Source: Bacteroidia bacterium
GTDB taxonomy: Bacteria > Bacteroidota > Bacteroidia > DATLTG01
Assembly: GCA_039924845.1 (NCBI GenBank)
Contig: JBDTAC010000054.1
Coordinates: 41,308 to 105,307, forward strand
DNA length: 64,000 nucleotides
Reading direction: 5' to 3'
Both the position numbers and the translations under genes were made by a program. Shown piece by piece: positions 10,615 to 18,929 of this stretch (position 1 is the stretch's first letter; every line of letters starts with the position of its first letter). The notes beneath the pieces are model-generated. The model was not told the origin of the DNA. It saw only the letters and a program-made list of their open reading frames with translations, and ran no database searches.

Positions 10615-11307
10615 ATGACAGCGGTTCTTCCTACCAAAAGATACAGTATCATTGTTGCCGGAGGTAGTGGAATACGTATGAACAATGCCATTCCGAAACA
10701 ATTTTTAAAATTAGACGGAAAGCCGGTGCTGATGCACACTATCAACAAATTTGTAGAAGCTGATCCCAATACAGAAATTATTTTGGTTTTGCCGAAATCT
10801 CAAATGGAGTATTGGGAAAAACTTTGCATTGAACATTCCTTTACTATTCCTTTGCAAATTGCCGAAAATGGAGAAACGCGTTTTCATTCCGTAAAAAATG
10901 GATTGGCATTAATTCAGGAGCAAGGTTATGTGGCAGTGCACGATGCGGTGCGTCCTTTGGTGAGCATCAAAACAATTATCACCACTTTTAAAGCTGCCGA
11001 AATGTACGGAAATGCCGTTCCTGCGGTACCTCTAAACGATTCCATCCGACAAATTGAATCTACGCGCAGTATTGCCGTGGATCGATCGCGTTATTGCATT
11101 ATTCAAACGCCGCAATGTTTCCAAACCGATATTATCAAAAAAGCCTACGAACAAGAATATAAATACACCTTTACGGATGATGCTACTGTGGTGGAATCTG
11201 TGGGAGAAAAAATACATTTGATTGACGGAAATCCAGAAAATATTAAAATTACTCGCCCCAAGGATTTGCTGATTGCCGAAGTACTTCTTAAAAATAAAAC
11301 TGTTTAA
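10615..11307 (+). CDS. ispD: 2-C-methyl-D-erythritol 4-phosphate cytidylyltransferase
   Basis: IIVAGGSGIRM..PKQFL motif; 230 aa. Confidence 0.9.
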   Translation: MTAVLPTKRYSIIVAGGSGIRMNNAIPKQFLKLDGKPVLMHTINKFVEADPNTEIILVLPKSQMEYWEKLCIEHSFTIPLQIAENGETRFHSVKNGLALIQEQGYVAVHDAVRPLVSIKTIITTFKAAEMYGNAVPAVPLNDSIRQIESTRSIAVDRSRYCIIQTPQCFQTDIIKKAYEQEYKYTFTDDATVVESVGEKIHLIDGNPENIKITRPKDLLIAEVLLKNKTV

Positions 11308-11391
11308 TTGTTTTGAAATTTTATTGAGAGAACCTTTTTTAAAGATATTTTAATAGGGTAGAGCGATAAGAAAAACGTATTGGTATATATT

Positions 11392-11434
11392 AATAGTTAT
11401 TTATGTAAACTATTGTATATAATAACTATTTTTG
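11392..11434. promoter_or_regulatory. Candidate MarR operator (9-bp inverted repeat) overlapping a Bacteroidota-type -7 box upstream of the marR-RND operon
   Basis: aatagttat (11392-11400) and ataactatt (11422-11430) form a perfect inverted repeat. tatttttg (11427-11434) matches the -7 consensus TAnnTTTG, ~23 nt upstream of the ATG. Confidence 0.4.
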
Positions 11435-11456
11435 CGCCTGAAAAATTAATTTTTCG

Positions 11457-11963
11457 ATGGATAAAAATAATATCATGTGTTTAAAAATGCCGATAGGTAA
11501 GCAGTTGAACGTCTTATCCAAGTTGTATTTCGGCGCGCTTACCCACAAACTCGAACATTTAGAAATAGAACGCTATTTTTCGATTCTGATACTTATTGAA
11601 AATTCAGGTAATAAATGCACGCAGCAATATATTGCAGATTGTATGGAAGTAGATAAAACTGCTATGGTACGTATTATCGACTATTTGGTTAAAAAGGATT
11701 TTATTAAACGCGTGATGAATCCCGATGACAGAAGAGAATATTGGGTACAACTTACCCAAAAAGCGCTAAAAAAAATGAAAGAAATTAATCGTGCGGTACA
11801 AACCATGAATACCGCGACTACTAAAAATTTCAGTAAAACAGAATTAACTATTTTTTACAAAATACTTGAAAAAATGCAGGCAAACCTTATTGAGATGCCT
11901 GCTAATAAAGTATTTGTAAAGGCGTACGTGCATGAAAAATTTAAAAAGCAGGTGAAAAAATGA
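11457..11963 (+). CDS. MarR-family transcriptional regulator
   Basis: Winged-HTH region (QQYIADCMEVDKTAMVRIIDYLVKKDFIKRVMNPDDRRE). Its stop overlaps the start of the efflux adaptor gene. Confidence 0.75.
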   Translation: MDKNNIMCLKMPIGKQLNVLSKLYFGALTHKLEHLEIERYFSILILIENSGNKCTQQYIADCMEVDKTAMVRIIDYLVKKDFIKRVMNPDDRREYWVQLTQKALKKMKEINRAVQTMNTATTKNFSKTELTIFYKILEKMQANLIEMPANKVFVKAYVHEKFKKQVKK

Positions 11964-13018
11964 AAAGTAAGAACCGTATTGCGATTCTCATTGCAGTTGT
12001 TATAATTGCGCTTTTAATTTGGATAAAGCCAAAAAATCCGAATGAAAATTCAACACAAAAAGAGATAGTGAAACACGAAGCAGTTTTGGTGTCCACGTTT
12101 ATTGTGAAACCATTGTCGTTAGACGAAAATATTCAAACGGCAGGAAGCGTATTGGCGAATGAAGAAGTGGATTTAAGAAGCGATGCTTCGGGAAAAATTA
12201 CCAATCTTTTTTTTACAGAAGACAGCAGAGTTACCAAAGGGCAAGTGCTGTTAAAAATTGATGACTCCGAATTACAAGCACAGTTATTAAAAGATGAATC
12301 GGCTGAAAAGCTTGCTGTGATTACGGAATCCAGACAGAAAAAATTATTGACGATAAACGGTATCAGTCAGCAGGATTACGACATCGCGCTAAACGCACTG
12401 AACAGTGTGAAAGCAGACATTGATTTATTGAATGCGCAAATTGTAAAAACAGAAGTAAAAGCTCCTTTTAACGGTATTGTTGGTTTGAGAAATGTAAGCG
12501 TAGGCAGCTATGTTTCACCTGCTGTTTCCATCGCAACTATTCAGGAAATAGAGCCTGTAAAAATTGATTTTTCAATTCCTGAAAAATACATGGACGCCGT
12601 ACATAAAGGCGATTCGATTCTGTTTAAAATACAAGGTATTCCGAAAACATTGTATGCTATCATTTACGCCATTGAACCGAAAGTGGATATGAATACGCGT
12701 ACCGTTCATGTGCGTGCCTTGGCGCCAAACAAAGATGACAAAATTTTTCCGGGTGCTTATGCGGAAGTCCATCTAATTTTAAATCATACAAACAATGCAT
12801 TGATGGTGCCAACACAAGCCATTGTTCCAGTTTTAAAAGGACAACAAGTTTTTTTATTCAAATCAGGTAAAGCATTTGCTAAGGACGTAAATATTGGAAT
12901 TCGGAATGATTCGGAAGTTCAGGTTACCAGTGGATTACAACCCGGTGATTCAATTATTACCACTGGTATTATGTCTATTCGAGACGGCGCGTCTGTAAAA
13001 ATCGATTCGAAAAAATAA
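11960..13018 (+). CDS. RND efflux membrane fusion (periplasmic adaptor) protein
   Basis: N-terminal TM, then lipoyl/beta-barrel HlyD-like domains. Directly precedes the RND pump gene. Confidence 0.85.
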   Translation: MKSKNRIAILIAVVIIALLIWIKPKNPNENSTQKEIVKHEAVLVSTFIVKPLSLDENIQTAGSVLANEEVDLRSDASGKITNLFFTEDSRVTKGQVLLKIDDSELQAQLLKDESAEKLAVITESRQKKLLTINGISQQDYDIALNALNSVKADIDLLNAQIVKTEVKAPFNGIVGLRNVSVGSYVSPAVSIATIQEIEPVKIDFSIPEKYMDAVHKGDSILFKIQGIPKTLYAIIYAIEPKVDMNTRTVHVRALAPNKDDKIFPGAYAEVHLILNHTNNALMVPTQAIVPVLKGQQVFLFKSGKAFAKDVNIGIRNDSEVQVTSGLQPGDSIITTGIMSIRDGASVKIDSKK

Positions 13019-13040
13019 TTTTTCAAAGCTAAAAAACAAT

Positions 13041-16000
13041 ATGAGTCTTGCCTCCATAAGTTTAAAACGTCCAGTATTAGCATTTGTAATGTCTATTACA
13101 ATTGTACTTTTTGGTGCTATTGGTTTTAAATCGCTTGGTATCCGAGATTATCCAGCCATTGATCCGCCTATCATCACCGTCCGTACCAGCTATACAGGTG
13201 CTAATGCCGATGTCATTGAATCCCAAATTACAGAACCCTTGGAGGAATCCATCAATGGAATTGAGGGGATTCGTACTATTTCATCCTCCAGCAATCAGGG
13301 TTCCAGTTCCATTACGGTAGAATTTAATTTGGATGCAGATTTAGAAACTGCCGCCAATGATGTGCGAGATAAAGTATCGCAAGCGCTCAAACAATTACCG
13401 ACTAACATTGATGCGCCACCGGTGGTTACCAAATCAGATGCCAATTCGCAAGCCATTTTAGCCCTGACAGTACAGAGCAGCACAAAAAATCAATTACAGG
13501 TATGCGATTTCTCAGAAAATGTAATTGAACAACAATTACAAACAATACCTGGCGTAAGTACGATACAGGTTTGGGGAGAGCAAAAATATGCCATGCGTTT
13601 GCGTTTGAATCCATCTAAAATGGCATCATGTGGCGTCACTGCATTAAATGTACAAAATGCTCTTACCGCTCAAAATGTACAACTCCCTGCAGGACAGATT
13701 GAAGGCAATACAACAGAATTGACGGTACAAACAAAGGGTTTGTTAGTAACGGAAGAAGATTTTAACAACTTAATTATCAAAACGGATTCGACAAATGTAA
13801 TACGACTAAAAGACATTGGTTATGCACAATTGGGTGCTGAGAATGAAGAAACTATATTAAGGGCATCCGGTACTCCGATGATTGGATTGGGCGTAGTTCC
13901 GCAACCGGGAGCCAATTATGTGGACATTGCCAATGCGTTTTATAAACGTTTAGCACAAATAAAAAAAGACATGCCGAAGGATTATACCTTCAATGTGGCA
14001 CTGGATGAAACAAAATTTATAAAACAGTCTATTAGCGAAGTAGAAGAAACACTATTAATCTCTTTCGGATTAGTAATCCTGATTATTTTATTGTTTTTTA
14101 GAGATTGGATCATTGCGCTTCGCCCTCTAATTGATATTCCTGTATCCTTGATAGGCGTTTTTTTTGTGATGGATGTTGCAGGCTTTTCAATCAATATTCT
14201 TACCTTACTGGCAGTGGTGCTGGCAACTGGTTTAGTGGTAGATGATGGAATTGTAGTTACCGAAAATATTTACAAAAAAATTGAAGAAGGAATGCCTGCG
14301 ATGGAAGCGGCACAAAAAGGATCAGAAGAAATTTATTTTGCCGTTATCTCTACTTCACTCACGCTTGCCGTAGTATTTTTACCGATTGTTTTTCTTCCTG
14401 GGTTTACAGGAAGATTATTTCGTGAATTTGGAATTGTAGTAGCAGGAGCTGTATTAATCTCTGCCTTTGTATCGCTTTCATTAACGCCTGTTCTCAACGT
14501 ACTTCTCACTCGGAAAGTTAAAAGAAGAAATAATTTTTACGAAAAAACAGAGCCGTTTTTTGTTTGGATGAATACTTTTTATCACCAAACATTGACAAAA
14601 TTTATGAAAAAACGTTGGCTTGCCTTTGTGATTATTGCTTTCTGTTTTGGTGCTATTTATTTTATCGGAAAAAAATTGCCAACAGAACTTGCTCCCTTAG
14701 ATGACAAAAGTGTACTGCGTATTATTTCCACCGCTCCAGAAGGGTCTTCGTATGAATACATGGATCATTACATGAAACAGCTAACGGAACTTGTGATGGA
14801 TTCTATTCCTGAAAAGAAATTTTTTCTAACCGTTACAGCACCTGGTTTTACAGGCTCAGGATCTGTTAATACGGGCTATGCTCGATTAATGTTAGTTGCC
14901 CCAGAAGATCGTACGCGGACGCAAGATCAAATTGCTAATTATCTTTCCAAACAGCTTAAAAACATGCCCGATGCGAGGTCGGTTGTGATTCAAGAGCAAA
15001 CTATTGCTGTGGGCAGTGCAAAATTCGGAATGCCTGTACAATATGTTTTACAAGCTCCTAATTTTGAAAAACTAAGAGAACAATTGCCTCCATTTCTAAA
15101 AGCGGTACAATCGGATCCTGTGTTTCGAATGGTGGATGTGGATTTAAAATTCAATAAACCAGAATTAGATATTTCTGTTAATCGAGATAAAGCTCGCAGT
15201 TTGGGCGTTTCTATTATGGATATTTCGCAAACTATACAAGCCGCTTTGAGTGGGCAGCAGTTCGGCTATTTTATTATTAATGGAAAACAATATAAAATTA
15301 TCGGTCAATTGGATCGCGCATACCGCGATAAACCACTCGATTTAAAATCGCTTTACGTCAATAATTCACAAGGCGTAAGCATTCAATTAGATAATTTAGT
15401 AACCGTTAAAGAAGAAAGTGCACCTCCTCAATTATATCATTACAATCGGTATGAATCAGCTACTGTTTCCGCAGGATTAGCTCCCGGAAAAACTATTGGA
15501 GATGGCATTGCAGAAATGGACAAAATTGCTAAAAAAGTATTGAGCCCGGATATTACAACGGCTTTAAATGGCGCTTCACGCGATTATGCGGAAAGTTCTT
15601 CCAGTATTTCATTTGCTTTCGCATTGGCTCTTGTGTTAATTTATTTGCTTTTGTCGGCACAATTTGAAAGCTTTATTGACCCTTTAATCATTATGGTTAC
15701 CGTTCCACTTGCTATTGCTGGCGCATTAATCGCACTTTGGTATTTTAATCAAACACTCAATATTTTTAGTGAAATCGGAATTATTGTCCTCGTGGGATTG
15801 GTAACTAAAAACGGAATTTTAATTGTGGAATTTGCCAATCAACGTAAGGAACATGGTTTGTCTGTAATGGAAGCTGTAATTGAAGCAGCTACCGGACGAT
15901 TACGACCTATCTTAATGACTACCTTAGCAATGGCGTTGGGTGCATTGCCGATTGCCTTAGCATTAGGCGCAGGATCTAAAAGTAGAGTTTCGATGGGAAT

Positions 16001-16130
16001 TGTAATTATTGGCGGATTGTTATTTGCGCTCCTACTTACCTTGTTGGTGATTCCTGCCATCTATTCTTTTTTCTCGAAAGAACACAAAAAAGAAATAATC
16101 CCACTATCTGAAAATAAGTTAAAAGCATGA
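13041..16130 (+). CDS. RND efflux transporter permease (AcrB/HAE1 family)
   Basis: 1029 aa with 12-TM topology, two large periplasmic loops and conserved AcrB motifs (GANYVDIANAF; VVDDGIVVTENI). Confidence 0.9.
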   Translation: MSLASISLKRPVLAFVMSITIVLFGAIGFKSLGIRDYPAIDPPIITVRTSYTGANADVIESQITEPLEESINGIEGIRTISSSSNQGSSSITVEFNLDADLETAANDVRDKVSQALKQLPTNIDAPPVVTKSDANSQAILALTVQSSTKNQLQVCDFSENVIEQQLQTIPGVSTIQVWGEQKYAMRLRLNPSKMASCGVTALNVQNALTAQNVQLPAGQIEGNTTELTVQTKGLLVTEEDFNNLIIKTDSTNVIRLKDIGYAQLGAENEETILRASGTPMIGLGVVPQPGANYVDIANAFYKRLAQIKKDMPKDYTFNVALDETKFIKQSISEVEETLLISFGLVILIILLFFRDWIIALRPLIDIPVSLIGVFFVMDVAGFSINILTLLAVVLATGLVVDDGIVVTENIYKKIEEGMPAMEAAQKGSEEIYFAVISTSLTLAVVFLPIVFLPGFTGRLFREFGIVVAGAVLISAFVSLSLTPVLNVLLTRKVKRRNNFYEKTEPFFVWMNTFYHQTLTKFMKKRWLAFVIIAFCFGAIYFIGKKLPTELAPLDDKSVLRIISTAPEGSSYEYMDHYMKQLTELVMDSIPEKKFFLTVTAPGFTGSGSVNTGYARLMLVAPEDRTRTQDQIANYLSKQLKNMPDARSVVIQEQTIAVGSAKFGMPVQYVLQAPNFEKLREQLPPFLKAVQSDPVFRMVDVDLKFNKPELDISVNRDKARSLGVSIMDISQTIQAALSGQQFGYFIINGKQYKIIGQLDRAYRDKPLDLKSLYVNNSQGVSIQLDNLVTVKEESAPPQLYHYNRYESATVSAGLAPGKTIGDGIAEMDKIAKKVLSPDITTALNGASRDYAESSSSISFAFALALVLIYLLLSAQFESFIDPLIIMVTVPLAIAGALIALWYFNQTLNIFSEIGIIVLVGLVTKNGILIVEFANQRKEHGLSVMEAVIEAATGRLRPILMTTLAMALGALPIALALGAGSKSRVSMGIVIIGGLLFALLLTLLVIPAIYSFFSKEHKKEIIPLSENKLKA

Positions 16131-17449
16131 AAAAAAGAGGGCTTGAAAAAATATTTTTCCAAATCACTTTTTTGATGATTGGAATTTCTGCACAACTAAA
16201 AGCGCAACAAATACTCAGCATTGACAGCGCGATTGCGACGGGTTTGAAGAATAATTTTTCGATTCTCATTGCAAAAGGTGATGTGGAAATTTCAAAAAAT
16301 AATAACAGCTATGCAAATGCTGGGTTCTTGCCACAAGTGAGTTTAAATGCTTCTAAAAACCTTACCAATAGCAATATTAATCAGCAATATGCCAGCGGAT
16401 TGGATTTGAATAAAACAGGAGTTGCTTCCAACGCTTTTAATGCGAGTGCTGCTTTAAATTGGACCCTTTTTGATGGATTTAAAATGTTTGCTACACGCGA
16501 AAAGTTGCGTCAATTAAATGATATGGGGGAATTGAATGCAAAGGCGACCATCGAAAATACCGTGATGAATATTATTACGACGTACTACAATGTGGTACAA
16601 CAAAAACAATTGACTAAAGTTGCTACGAGTGCTATTTCGCTGTACGATGAACAAGTAAAAATAGCACAAGAAAAATTTGAAATTGGCTCTGGTTCTAAAT
16701 TAGATTTATTGCAAGCAGAAGTGAATAGAAATGTAGAAAAAGCCAATTTACTCAAAGACAATGTAGCTTTGAATAACGCGAAAACAACATTAAACCAATT
16801 ACTCGAACAACCCGTGGATATGGATTTCGACGTAAGCGATAGCATTGTTATTACCTATAACCCAACCCTCGATCAACTTGCAACAGATGTCAAAAAACAG
16901 AATTACGATTTAAAAATAGCACAAACAAATTTGCTTATTTCGCAATCTGTTGTGAAAGAAAAACGCTCGGAAGCCTATCCACAAGTGGGATTCGATTTAA
17001 ATTATAATCTTGCGCGTTCCAACAGTTCCGCCGGATTTTTATTACAAAGTCAAACTTTGGGCTTAACAGGAGGATTCACAGCATCGTGGCTCATCTTCAA
17101 TGGTTTCTCGGCTCGCAGAGATTATCGAAATGCTGTGATCGGTTCTTACGAAAGTAGTTTGCAATTAAAAAATACCGAAACTACGGTCAGTGCTTCTGTT
17201 TTACAAGCCTATAAGCAGCACGCAGCCGATTTGGAAATGCTGCAATTGCAAGAAGATAATTATGGTGTAGCACAAGAAAATATCAATGTTGCTTTGGAGC
17301 GATTCAAATTAGGAATTTCTTCCGGGTTGGAATTGAAACAAGCTCAAGATAGTTTTGAAAATGCCGGCAATAGTTTGGTTTCAGCGCGTTATCAAGCAAA
17401 AATAAGCGAAACGCAATTGATGGAATTAAATGGAATGCTGGTGAAATAA
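16127..17449 (+). CDS. TolC-family outer membrane efflux protein
   Basis: Signal peptide and a duplicated OEP repeat organisation. Its start overlaps the RND pump stop (ATGA overlap). Confidence 0.85.
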   Translation: MKKRGLEKIFFQITFLMIGISAQLKAQQILSIDSAIATGLKNNFSILIAKGDVEISKNNNSYANAGFLPQVSLNASKNLTNSNINQQYASGLDLNKTGVASNAFNASAALNWTLFDGFKMFATREKLRQLNDMGELNAKATIENTVMNIITTYYNVVQQKQLTKVATSAISLYDEQVKIAQEKFEIGSGSKLDLLQAEVNRNVEKANLLKDNVALNNAKTTLNQLLEQPVDMDFDVSDSIVITYNPTLDQLATDVKKQNYDLKIAQTNLLISQSVVKEKRSEAYPQVGFDLNYNLARSNSSAGFLLQSQTLGLTGGFTASWLIFNGFSARRDYRNAVIGSYESSLQLKNTETTVSASVLQAYKQHAADLEMLQLQEDNYGVAQENINVALERFKLGISSGLELKQAQDSFENAGNSLVSARYQAKISETQLMELNGMLVK

Positions 17450-17479
17450 AAAATATCTTTACAAAAATTTCAATACAAA

Positions 17480-18184
17480 ATGGCAACGCATCGCATATTG
17501 TTAGTAGAAGATGAGCCACATTTGCAAAAAGCCATCCGGCTAAATTTAGAAATAGAAGGATATTCGGTAACACTTGCAAGTACAGGAAAACAGGCAATAC
17601 AAGAATTTAAAGCAGCTCGTTTTGATTTAATTATTTTAGATGTGATGCTCCCAGAAATGGATGGTTTTGAAGTATGTCAAATTATCCGATTGGAAAATAA
17701 AAACATTCCCATTCTTTTTTTAACGGCTAAAAATTCCAGTCAAGATAAAATCCAAGGATTAAAAATAGGAGCAGACGATTACCTCACAAAACCTTTTAAC
17801 TTAGAAGAATTTTTACTACGCGTGCAAGCTTTGTTGAGGCGTTCTACAAAAATAATTCTGGTGGAAAATGAAATGAATAATTACATTTTCGGAAACAATA
17901 AAATTAATTTTTTGACGTACGAAATCTTTGATTTTAAAGGACAAAAACAGCAAATTTCTAAAAGAGAAATACAACTTTTAAAACTGTTGATTGAAAATAA
18001 AAACAACGTAGTGTCACGCGAAATTATTTTAGAACGCGTTTGGGGATACGACGTGTATCCGTCCACTCGAACCATTGATAATTACATTTTAGCTTTCCGA
18101 AAATATTTTGAACCGCATCCCAAAAATCCAATTTATTTTCATTCTGTGAGAGGTGTTGGTTATAAATTCACAAACGAAAATTAA
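17480..18184 (+). CDS. OmpR-family response regulator (receiver + winged-helix)
   Basis: Receiver motifs LLVEDEP and DLIILDVMLP, a phospho-acceptor Asp context, and a C-terminal trans_reg_C domain (RGVGYKF). Confidence 0.85.
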   Translation: MATHRILLVEDEPHLQKAIRLNLEIEGYSVTLASTGKQAIQEFKAARFDLIILDVMLPEMDGFEVCQIIRLENKNIPILFLTAKNSSQDKIQGLKIGADDYLTKPFNLEEFLLRVQALLRRSTKIILVENEMNNYIFGNNKINFLTYEIFDFKGQKQQISKREIQLLKLLIENKNNVVSREIILERVWGYDVYPSTRTIDNYILAFRKYFEPHPKNPIYFHSVRGVGYKFTNEN

Positions 18185-18191
18185 TTTTTCG

Positions 18192-18884
18192 CTACTCTTT
18201 TAGTACGTGAACTTCCGTTCTCCTATTTTGTTGACGACCTTCCTCTGTATCGTTTGGCGCCACCGAATCAGCGTCTCCATAACCTTTTGCCGTAAGTCTG
18301 GCAGCATCTACACCTTTCGCAATTAAATAATTACGAACTGCATTTGCACGATCTTCCGATAATTTTTGATTGGCAGTTGTATTGCCCACATTGTCGGTAT
18401 ATCCTGCAATTTCAATTACCAATGTTTTTTTCAATTTCATGTATTCCGCCAATTGATCAAGCGCATTATTTGATTCTTTTTTTAAGGTTGATTTTCCAGT
18501 GTCGAAAAAAACATTTTTCAAAGTATATACTTTCGGTAAGGCTACTTTAATGGTATAATTAAATTTTAAAATACCTTCTACCATTGGTATATTAATGGTT
18601 TTGTAATCCTTGTCGTCCGAAAATGCTTTGTATTTTACTTTGTATTGATCGCCTTTCGGAATCAGAATTTGGAACGTTCCGTCTGCTTTAGTTACACCAG
18701 AATATATTTTTTTTGTTTTCAAAGATTCAAAAGAAACAGATTCACCTTCTTCGGATTTATTTGCCGGATTCACCACTTTTACAGTCAATAAAGCTTCTGC
18801 TCCGTTGGGCTCTAAATCCTGTGCGAATAAAGAAAAAGATAAAAATGTTGAAAATAAAGCGAGTAGAAAAAATATTTTTTTCAT
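18192..18884 (-). CDS. OmpA-family outer membrane protein
   Basis: Signal peptide MKKIFFLLALFSTFLSFSLFAQ. C-terminal OmpA peptidoglycan-binding domain (GYTDNVGNTTANQKLSEDRANAVRNYL). Confidence 0.8.
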   Translation of the reverse strand: MKKIFFLLALFSTFLSFSLFAQDLEPNGAEALLTVKVVNPANKSEEGESVSFESLKTKKIYSGVTKADGTFQILIPKGDQYKVKYKAFSDDKDYKTINIPMVEGILKFNYTIKVALPKVYTLKNVFFDTGKSTLKKESNNALDQLAEYMKLKKTLVIEIAGYTDNVGNTTANQKLSEDRANAVRNYLIAKGVDAARLTAKGYGDADSVAPNDTEEGRQQNRRTEVHVLKE

Positions 18885-18929
18885 GGTAGTTTTTTTAAAT
18901 TAATTCTATGTAAAATTAGGAAAAGAAAT

